Below, one piece after another: positions 53,401 through 64,000 of a stretch of 64,000 nucleotides of DNA (the first letter of the stretch is position 1; the number at the start of each line of letters is the position of its first letter). The notes below the pieces were generated by a model that saw only the letters and a program-made list of their open reading frames with translations, made no database searches and was not told where the DNA came from. Origin of the DNA: the human T2T-CHM13v2.0 reference genome, Homo sapiens; NCBI GenBank assembly GCA_009914755.4, contig CP068257.2, forward strand, positions 8,064,001-8,128,000. Reading direction: 5' to 3'. A program made the position numbers and the translations under genes.

Positions 53401-56400
53401 TCCATTCCATTCGATACCATTCCATTCCATTCTTTTCCATTTGAGTCCATTCCATTCAGGTCCATTCCATTCCATTCACTTCCATTCCATTCCATTCCAT
53501 GACATTCCATTCGATTCTATTCCTTTCAACTCCATTCCATTCCATTCCGTTCCATCCGATTCCGTTCCATTGTATTCCATTCCAATCCATTCCATTCCAT
53601 TCCATGCCATTCCATTCCATTCCATTCCATTTGATTCCACTCCATTCCATTTTATTGCATTTCATTCTATTCCATTGCCATTCCATTCAATTCTACTCCA
53701 TGTGAGTCCATTCCATTCGAGTCCATTGCATTCCATTCCATTCGATTGCATTCCATATAATTCTGTTCCTTTCGACTCCATTCCAATCCGTTCTCTTCCT
53801 TCTGATTCCATTCCATTCTTTTCCTTTCCATTCCAATCAATTCCGTTCTATTCGTTTCCTTTCCGTTCGAGACCATTTTCCTGCAGAGCATTCCATTCCA
53901 GTCCATTCCATTCGAGTCCATTCCTTTCCATTCCATTCCATTCTATATCTTGCCATTACACTCCCTTCCGTTCCATTCCATTTGATGTCATTCCATTCTA
54001 TTCTATTCCATTTGAGTTCATTCCTTTCGAGTCCATTCCATTCCACTCCGTTTGATGCCACTCCTTTTAACTCCTCTCCATTCGTCTCCATTCCATTCCA
54101 TTTAGTTCCATCCGATTCCATTCCATTCTATTCCTTTCCATTCCATTCTTTTCCCTTCCATTCGAGTCCATTCCACTGCAGTCCATTTCTTTCGAGTCCA
54201 TTCCATTCCATTCTATTCCATTCGTGTCCATTCCATTGCATTCGATATCTTTCCGTTAAACTCCATTAAATTCTATCCTTTCGATTCCATTCAATTCCAT
54301 TCCATTTGATTCCATTCCATTGAATTCCCTTCCATTCGACTGCATTCCATTGGAGGCCAGTGCATTCCATTACACTTGATTCCATTCCGTTCGATTCCAT
54401 TTTTTTCCAGTCCATTCCTTTCAAGTCCATTCCATTCCAGTCTATTCCAATCGATTCCAAGCCTTTCGATTCCATTCCATTCGATTCCATTCCACTCGAT
54501 TTCACTCCATTCCATTCCATTGCATTCCATTCTATACCATTCCTTTGCATTCCATTCCATTCCATTTGATTACGTTCCATTCAATTCCATTCCATTCGAA
54601 TCAATTATATTGTAATGCAAGGTATTCAAGTCTGTTTTATTCCAGTCCATTCCATTACGGTCCATTCCATTCGATTCCATTCCATATTATTGCAATCCAT
54701 TCGATTCCATTCTATTCGAATAAATTCCATTCGAAACCATTCCTTTCGAGTCCATTATATTTGAGTCCATTCTATTTGAGTCCATTACATTTGGGTCCAT
54801 GCCATTCCATTCCATTCCTTTCAATGCCATACAATTCGATTCTATTCCATTCGAGGACATTGCATTCGAGTCCAATTAATTTCAATCCATTCTATTCCAT
54901 TCCATTCCATTCGATGCCATTCCAATTGATTGTATGCCATTCGACTCCATTCCATTGCATTCCATTCCATTCGATGCTGTTCCAATTGATTGTATTCCAT
55001 TCGACTCCAATCCATTCCATTCCATCAGATTCTATTCCATTCTATTCTTTTCTGTTCCATTCCATACCATGCCATTCGTTTCCATTACATTCGAGTCCAT
55101 TCCACTCCAGGCCATTACATTCGAGTCCATTCCATTCCAGTCCATTCCATCCGAGTCCATTCCATTCCATTCCATTCAATATCTTTCCATTAAACTCCAT
55201 TGCATTCTATTCATTTTGATTCCATTCAATTCCATTCCATTCGTTTCCTTTGCTTTTGATTCCATTCCATTTTACTCCATTGCATTCGAGTCCATTCCAT
55301 TCCATTCCATTCCACTCCATTCCACTCCATTCCATTCAGTTCCATTCTATTCCAATCCGTTTGATTCCATTTCTTCCAGTCCATTCCATTCGTGTCCATT
55401 CTATTCCAGTCCATTCGATTCAATTCCATTCCATTTGATTCCATTCCACTCGATTGCACTCTGTTCCATTCCATTGCATTCCATTCCATTCCATTAAATT
55501 GCAAACCGTTCCATTCCATTTGGTTACATTCCATTCGATTCAATTCCATTTGAATCATTTGCTTTGCAATCCATTACATTCGAGTCTGTTCTATTCCAGT
55601 CCATTCCATTCCGGTCCATTCCATTCGATTACATTCCTTTCGATTTCATTACCTACTATTGCATTCCATTCGATTCCATTCTATTTTAATAAATTCAATT
55701 CGAGTCCATTCCTTTCAAGTCCATTCTATTTGAGTCCATTCCAGTCAAGTCCATTACATTTGGGTAAATTCCATTGCATTACATTGCATTCCATTCAAAG
55801 CCATTCCATTTGATTCTATCCCATTCGAGTCCACTCCATTCGAGTCCTTTCCATTCCATTCCATTCCATTCCATTCCATTCCATTCCATTCCATTCAATG
55901 TCATTCTATTCGATTCTATTCCATTCAACTCCATTCCATTCCATTCAGTTCCATCCGATTAAATTTCATTGTATTCCTTTCTATTCCATTCCATTCTATT
56001 CAATTCGTTTCCTTTCCATTCGTGTCCATTCCACTCCAATCCATTCCATTCGAGTCCATTCCATTCCTGGCCATTACATTTGAGTCCATTCCATTCCATT
56101 TGACATCTTTCCATTACACTCCCTTCCATTCCTTTCCATTCGATGCCATTCAATTCTATTCAATTCCATTCGAGTCCATTCCATTTAATTCCGTTCCATT
56201 CAATGCCATTCCATTCGATTTTATTCCATTCGACTCCATTCGATTCCTTTCCATTCCATCCGATTCCTTCCATTCTTTTCCTTTAAATTCCATTCCATTA
56301 ACTCCATTCCATTCGTTTCCATTTCATTCGAGAGCACTCTGCTGTAGTCCATTCCATTCCAGTCCATTCCATTCGAGTACATTCCACTCCAGTCCATTCC

Positions 56401-59400
56401 ATTTGAGTCCATTCCATTCCAGTCCATTCCATTCAAGTTCATTCCATTCCATTCAATTCCATTCCATTTGACATTATTCCATTACTCTCCCTTCCATTCC
56501 ATTCCATTCCATTCCATGCCATGCCATTCCGTTCTATTGTATTCTATTCAAGTGCATTCCATTCAAGTCCATTCCATTCCATTCCATTCCATTCTCTGAT
56601 GCCATTCCATTCGATTCTATTCCGTTTGACTCCATTTCATTTCATTTCATTCCATCTGATTCCATTCCATTCTATTCCTTTCCATTCTATTCCATTCCAT
56701 TCCATTCCTTTCCATTCCTTTCGAGTCCATTCCACTCCAGTTCATTCCATTCGAGTCCACTTCATTCCATTCCATTCCATTCGAATCTATTTCATTCCAG
56801 TCCATTCTATTCGAGTCTATTCCACTCCTTTCCATTCCATTCGATATCTTTCCATTTCACTCCATTCTATTCTTTTCCTTTCGATTCCCTTCAATTCCAT
56901 ACCATTCGGTTCCATTCTATTCGACTCCATTCCATTGACGTCCATTCTTTTCCATTCTATTCCATTCCAATCCATTTGATTCTGATCCGTTCGATTCCAT
57001 TTTGTTCCAGTCCATTCCAATCGAGACCATTGAATTCCAGTCCATTGCATTCGATTCCATTCCATTCCATTCCATTCCACTCCGTTCCATTCCATTTCAT
57101 TCCATTCTATTCCATTCCATTTGTTTACATTCCATTTGATTCCATTCCTTTCGAATCAAATACATTGCAATCCATTACATTCGAGTACTTTCTATTCCAG
57201 TCCATTCCATTCCGGTAGATTCCATTCGATTCCATTCCATACTATTGCTTTCCATTCGATTCCATTCTATTTGAATAAATTCCATTTGAGACCATTCCTT
57301 TCGAGCCCATTCTATTTGAGTCGATTCCATTCGAGTCCATTACATTTGGGTCCATTCCATTCCATTCCATTCCATTCCATTCCATTCCATTCCACTCGAT
57401 ACCATTCCATTCGATTCTATTCCATTCGAGTCCATTGCATTCGATTCTGTTTCATTTCATTCCATTCCATTTCATTCCATTCCATTCGATGCCATTCCAT
57501 TTGATTCTATACCATTCAACACCATTCCATTCCATTCCATCCGATTCCACTCCTTTCTATTCTTTTCCATTCCATTCCATTCGTTTCCATTCCATTCGTT
57601 TCCATTCCATTCGAGTCCATTCCATTCGAGTCCATTCCATTCCAGTCAACTCCATCCGAGTCCTTTCCATTCCATTCCATTCGAAATCTTTACATTAAAC
57701 TCCATTCTCTTCTATTCATTTTGATTCTATTAAATTCCATTCCATTCAATTCCATTCCATTTGACTTTATTCCATTCGAGTCCGTTCAATTCCATTACAT
57801 TCCGTTCCACTCGATTCCAATCCGTTCTTTTCCATTTTGTTCCAGTCCAATCCATTACAGTCCATTCCATTCCAGTCCATTACATTTGATTCCATTCCAT
57901 TTGATTCCATTCAATTCGATCCCATTCCACTCGATTCCACTCTATTCCATTCTATTGCATTGCATTTTATTCCATTCCATTGCATTCCATTCCATTCCAC
58001 TTGGCTACATTCCATTGGATTCCATTCCATTCGAATCAATTACATTGCAATCCGTTCCATTCAAGTCCGTTCTATTCCAGTCCATTCCAGTCCGGTCCAT
58101 TCCATTCGATTCCATTCCATACTATTGCATTCCATTTGATTCCATTCTATTCTAATAAATTCCATTCGAGACCATTCCTTTCGAGTCCTTTCTATTTGAG
58201 GCCATTCCATTCGAGTCCATTACATTTGTGGCCATTCCATTCCATTACATTCAATTCGTTGCCATTGTATTCCATTCTATTCCATTTAAGTCCTTTCCAT
58301 TCGAGTCCATTCCATTCCATTCCATTCGATGACATTCAATTCGATTCTTTTCATTCACTTGGTTCCATTTCATTCCATTCCATCGGATTCCTTTCCATTC
58401 TTCTCCTTTCCATTCCATTCCATTCCATTCCATCGGATTCCATTCCATTCTTTTCCATTCCATTCCATTCCATTGCATTCTATTCCATTTTTTTCCATTC
58501 CATTTGAGTCCATTCCACTCCAATCCATTCCCTTCGCGTCCATTCCATTCCAATCCATTCCATCAAGTGCATTCCATTCCATTCGATATCTTTCAATTAC
58601 AATCCATTCCATTCTATTCCTTTCTATTCCGTTCATTTCCTTTCTATTACATTCCATTCGATTCCATTCCATTCGACTCCACTGAAATCAAGTCCATTCC
58701 ATTCCATTCCGTTCTGTTCGATTCAAATCTGTTCGATTCCATTTTGTTCCAGTCCATTCCATTCGAAGCCATTCCATTCCAGTCCATTCCATTCGATTCC
58801 ATTCCACTTGATTCCACTCCGTTCCATTCCATTGCATTGCATTCCATTCTATTCCATTCCATTGCATTCCATTCCATTCCATTTGATTCCATTACATTCG
58901 ATTCCATTCCATTTGAATCAATTAGATTGCAATCCATTACTTTCTAGTCCATTCTATTCCAGTCCATTCCATTCCATTCCATTCCATTCGATTCCATTCT
59001 ATTCCATACTATTGCATTGCATTCGATTCCATTCTATTCAAATAAATTCCATTTGAGTCCATTCCTTTCGAATCCATTCTTATTGAATCCATTCCATTCA
59101 AGTCCATTACATTTGTGTCCATTCCATTCCACTCCATTCCATTCCATTCAATGCCATTCCATTTGATTCTATTCCATTCAATTCCACTCCATTCGAGTCC
59201 TTTCCATTCCATTCCATTCCACTGGATGCCATTCAGTTCGATTATATTCCATTCGACTCCATTCCATTCCATTCCACTCGATGCCATTCAGTTCGATTAT
59301 ATTCCATTCAATTCCATTCCATTCCATTCTGTTCCATCTGATTCCATTCCATTCTATTTCTTTCCATTCCACTCCATTCTATTCCATTCGTTTCCATTCC

Positions 59401-62400
59401 ATTCGAATCCATTCCACTCCAATCCATTCCATTCGACTCCATTCCATTCCAGGCCATTCCATTCGAGTCCATTCCATTCAAATCCATTCCACTCGAATCC
59501 ATTCCATTCGACTCCATTCCATTCCAGGCCATTCCATTCGAGTCCATTACATTCCATTTGATATCTTTCGATTATGCTCTATTCCATTCTATACCTTTCG
59601 ATTCCATTAAATTCCATTAAATTCAATGCCATTCCATTCGTTTCCATTCCATTTGAATCCATTCCCTTCGAGTCCATTCCATTCCATTCCATTCCATTAA
59701 ATTCCATTACGTTCTATCTCAGTCCTTTTGATTCCATTTTGTTCCAGTCCATTCCACTCGATTCCATTCCATTGCATTCAATTCCTTTCCATTCGATTCC
59801 ATTCCTGTCATTTCCACTCCATTCCATTCCATTGAATTGCATTATATTCCATTCCATTGCATTCCATTACATTCCATTTGATTACATTCCATTCGAATCC
59901 ATTCCATTAGAATAAATTACTTTCCAATCCATTACATTTGAGTCCGTTCTATTCCATTCCATTCCATTCCGTTCCCTTCCATTCGATTTCATTCCTTAAT
60001 ATTGCCTTCCTTTCTATTCCATTCTAATCGAGTAAATTTTTTTCGAGAACATTCTTTCGTGTCCATTCTATTTGAGTACATTCCATTAGAGTCCATTACA
60101 TTTGGGTCGATTCCATTCCATTCCATTCGATACCGTTCCATTGTATTCTATTCCATACGAGTCCATTCAATTCGAGTTGATTCCATTCCATTCCATGCCA
60201 TTCACTTCCACTTGATGCCATTCCATTTGATTATATTCCATTTGACTCCATTCCATTCCATTCCATCCAATTCCATTCCTTTAAATTCCTTTGCATTCCA
60301 TTCCGTTCCATTCCATTCCTTTCCATTCGTTTCCATTACATATGAGTCCATTCCACTCCAATCCATTCCATTCATGTCCATTCCATTCCAGTCCATTCCA
60401 TTCGTGTCCATTACATTCCATTACATTCCATTCGATATCTTTCCATTACAATCCATTCCATTATATTCCCTTCAATTCCATTGAATTCCATTCTATTCGA
60501 TTCCACTACATTTGATTCCATTCCATTCGACTCCAATCCATTCGAGTCCATTCCATACCATTCTATTTCATTCCATTCCGTTTGATTCCTATCCATTCAA
60601 TTCCATTTTGTTCCAGTCCATTCCATTCGTGTCCATTCCATTCCATTCCATTCCAATCGATATCTTTCCATTACACACAATTCCACTATATTCTTTTCGA
60701 TTCCATTCAATTCCATTACATTTGATTCCATTACATTCGATTCCATTTGATTCGATTCCATTGCACTCGATTCCACTACATTCCTTTCCATTGCATTCTA
60801 TTCTATTCAATTCGATTGCCTTCCATTCCATTCCATTAAATTACATTCCATTCAATTGCATTCCATTAGAATCAATTACTTTGCAATCCATTACATTCGA
60901 GTCCATTCTATTCCAGTCCATTTCATTCCATTCCATTCCTTTCTATTCCATTCCACACAATTCCATTCCATTCGATTCCATAGTATTCGAATAAATTCCA
61001 TGAAAGACCATTCCTTTCTACTCCATTCTATTCCATTCCATTCGAGTACATTCTATTTGATTAGATTCCATTCGACTCCATTCCACTCGATTCCACTCTG
61101 TTCCATTTCATTGCATTCCATTCTGTTCCATTTGATTGCGTTCCATTCCATTCTATTTGCTTACATTCCATTCGATTCCATTCCATTTGAAACAATTATA
61201 TTGCACTCCACTACAATCGAATCAGTTCCATTCCAGTCCATTCCATTCCATTCCATTCCATTCCATTCCATTCCATTCCATTCAATTCCATTCCATTCGA
61301 TTCCATTCCATACTATTTTATTCCATTTGATTCCATTCTATTCTAATACATTCCATTTGAAACCATTCCTTTCGAGTCCATTCTCTTTGACTCCATTCCA
61401 TTCGAGTCCATTCCTTTTGAGTCCATTCCATTCCATTCCACTGCATTCCATTCCATTTGATGCCATTGCATTCTATTATATTACATTCGAGTAGATTCCA
61501 TTCAAGTCCATTCCTTTGCATTCCATTCCGTTCCATTCCATTGCATTCAATGCCATTCCATTAGATTCTATTCCATTCGACTCCATTACTTTCAATTCCG
61601 TTCCATCCTATTCCATTCCATTCTATTCTATTCCATTCCATCCCTTTCCTTTCAATTCGTTTCCATTCCATTTGAGTCCATTCCACTGCAGTCCATTCCA
61701 TTCAAGTTCATTCTATTCCAGTCCATTCGAGTCTATTCTATTCCATTCCATTCCATTGGATATCTTTACATGACACTCTCATTCATTCTATTCCTATTGA
61801 ATCCATTCCATTCCATTCCATTCGGTTCCATTCCATTCGATTCCATTCCATTCCAGTCCATTGCATTGCATTCCATTCCATTCCATTCCGTTCCATTCGA
61901 TTCCAATCCTTTTGTCTCCATTTTGTTTCAGTCCATTCCATTCCATTCCATTCCATTCCATTCCATTCCATTCTATTCTGTTACATTTGATCCTGTTCCT
62001 TTCGATTCCATTCCACTCGATTGCACTCTGTTCCATTTTATTGCATTCCGTTCAATTCCATTCCATTGCATACTTTCCATTCCATTTGATTACATTCCAT
62101 TTGAATCCCTTCCATTCAAATCAGTTGTATTACAATCAATGACATTCAAGTCCGTTCTATTCCAATTCATTCCATTCTGGTCAATTAAATTTGATTTCAT
62201 TCCATTTGATTCCCTTCCATCCTATTGAATTCCTTTCGATTCCATTCTATTTGAATAAATTCCTTTTGAGATCATTCCTTTCGTGTTCATACTATTTGAT
62301 TCCATTCCATTCGTGTCCATTAAATTTGGGTCCATTCCATTCCTTTCCATTCCCCTTGATGCCATTCCATTCTGTTGTAATTCATTCGAGTCAATTCCAT

Positions 62401-64000
62401 TCGAGTCCATTCCATTCCATTCGACGCCATTCCATATGATTCTATTCCATTCGAATCCATTCCTTTCCATTCCGTTCCATCTGATTCCATTCCATTCTAT
62501 TGCTTTCCATTCCATTCCATTCCTTTCCATTGCATTCGAGTCCATTCCACTCCAGTCTGTTCCATTTGAGTCCATTCCATTCCATTCCATTCCATTCCAT
62601 TCCATTCCATTCGAGTCCATTCGATTCCATTCGATATCATTCCATTTCACTCTATTCCATTCTATTCCTTTCAATTACATTCAATTCCATTCCATTCGTT
62701 TCCATTCCATTCTATTACTTTCCATTCGACTCCATTCCTTTGGAGTCCAATCCATTTAATTCCATTCCATTACATTCCATTCCGTTTGATTCCAATCCGT
62801 TCAATTCCATTTTGTTCCAGTCCATTCCATTCGATTCCATTCCATTCCCGTCCATTCCATTTGATTCCAGTCCTTTCGAGTCAATTCTATTCCATTCCAT
62901 TCCATTGGATATCTTTACATTACACTCCCTTTCATTCTATTCTTTCAATTCCATTCAATTCCATTCATTCGGTTCCATTCCATTCGACTCCATTCCATTC
63001 GAGTCCATTCCATTCCATTCCATTCCATGCCATTCGATTCTAATAGGTTCGAATCCATTTTGCCCCAGTCCATTACATTCGAGTCCATTCCATTCGATTC
63101 CATTCAGTTCGATTCCATTCCATTCAATTCCATTCCACTCGATTCCACTCCTTTCCATTCCATTACATTCCATTCTATTCAATTCCATTGCATTCCATTC
63201 CATTCCATTCCATTTAATTATTTTCCATTCGATTCCATTCCATTCGAATCAATTACATTACAGTCCATTACATTCAAGTCCATTCTATTCCAGTCCATTC
63301 CATTCCGGTCCATTCCATTCGATGGAATTCCATTTGATTCCATTCCATTCTATTGCATTCCATTCGAGTACATTCAATTCGAATAAATTCCATTCTAGAC
63401 CTTTCCTTTCGAGTCCATTCTATTTCTGCATTGTATTCGAGTCCACTACATTTGGGTACATTCCATTCCACTCCGTTCCATTCTATTCCAATCCATTCCA
63501 TTCCATTCCATTCCATTCGATGACATTCCATTCAATTGTATTCCTTTTGACTCCATTCCGTTCCATTCAGTTCCATCCAATTCCATTCCATTCTATTCCT
63601 TTCCGTTCCATTCCATTCCATTGCATCCCATTCCTTTCCATTTCATTCGAGTCCATTCCTCTCCAGTCCATTCCATTCGAATCCATTCCATTCCAGTCCA
63701 TTCCATTGGAGTCCATTCCATTCAATTGCATTCAATATATTTCCATTACACTCCAATCCATTTTATTTCTTTTGATTCCATTCAATTCTATTCCATTCAA
63801 TTCCATTCCATGTGATTCCATTCCATTCGAATCTATTGCATTCAATTCTTTTCAATTCGATTCCATTCCACTCGATTGCACTCCGTTCCATTCCATTGCA
63901 TTCCATTCTATTTCATTCAATTGCATTCCATTCCTTACCATTTGATTACATTCCATTTGATTCCATTCAACTCGAATCAATTATATTGCAATCCGTTACA
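47480..64000 (+). repeat. HSat3-type (CATTC)n satellite, domain B. It is a CpG-containing variant (CATTCGAGTCC, CATTCGATTCC) with no Alu fragments. From about 49.1 kb there is a higher-order periodicity of about 1 kb, marked by a recurring diverged landmark segment of about 250 bp. The array continues past the window end.
   Basis: Seen in sequence. 47.5-49.1 kb is a near-homogeneous (CCATTCCATTCCATTCGAGTCCATT)n. The landmark …CAATCCATTACATTCGAGTCCGTTCTATTCCAGTCCATTCCATTCCGGTCCATTCCATTCGATTCCATTCCATACTATTGCATTCCATTYGATTCCATTCTATTYGAATAAATTCCATTCGAGACCATTCCTTTCGAGTCCATTCTATTTGAGTCCATTMCATTTGGGTCCATTCC… recurs near 49,420; 50,225; 51,610; 52,150; 53,140; 54,560; 55,520; 57,120; 57,990; 58,880; 59,870; 60,850; 61,140; 62,080; 63,230; 63,940. 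Confidence 0.9.

Noticed and set aside
31800-64000. Hundreds of ORFs (60-494 aa) on both strands encoding HSIPFHSIPF…, STPLHSTPLH… (+ frames) and MEWNGMEWNG…, VEWSGVEW… (- frames)
   Set aside because: These are three-frame translations of the (CATTC)n/(GAATG)n pentamer (ATG-GAA-TGG-AAT-GGA = M-E-W-N-G). Amino-acid composition is periodic with a 5-residue period. They overlap in all six frames and lack Kozak or splice context. They are not genes.

Overview
This is human (primate) genomic DNA, not a prokaryotic locus. Alu elements in both orientations, an old L1 ORF2 fragment, a THE1/MaLR-type LTR and other interspersed-repeat relics make that clear by eye. The window splits into two parts. Positions 1-31,840 are AT-rich, gene-poor sequence that is mostly unique apart from interspersed repeats. 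It contains about 8 Alu copies, a 1.1 kb (CATTT)n-like satellite block and a CpG-rich segment carrying a 22-23 bp GC-rich minisatellite. It also holds a 0.7 kb polypyrimidine (CTTY)n tract, and I found no convincing protein-coding exon. From 31,841 to the window end (more than 32 kb) the sequence is one uninterrupted (CATTC)n/(GAATG)n pentameric satellite of the HSat3 (classical satellite III) type. The C-rich strand is the + strand throughout. This satellite has two sharply different subdomains. Domain A (31,841 to about 47,480) is CpG-poor, rich in CACTC variants, and punctuated 22 times by the same roughly 60 bp Alu 3'-end fragment. All copies share one orientation and the same junctions, and the blocks show clear higher-order duplications. 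Domain B (about 47,480-64,000) is CpG-rich, with CGAGTCC and CGATTCC variants, and has no Alu fragments. From about 49.1 kb it is organised around a recurring landmark segment of about 250 bp, spaced roughly 1 kb apart. Every long ORF in the track over the satellite, the VNTR and the simple repeats is a translation artefact of tandem repeats (HSIPF and MEWNG periodic peptides). I found no evidence of a novel protein-coding system. The interesting biology here is satellite architecture and the euchromatin/heterochromatin junction.
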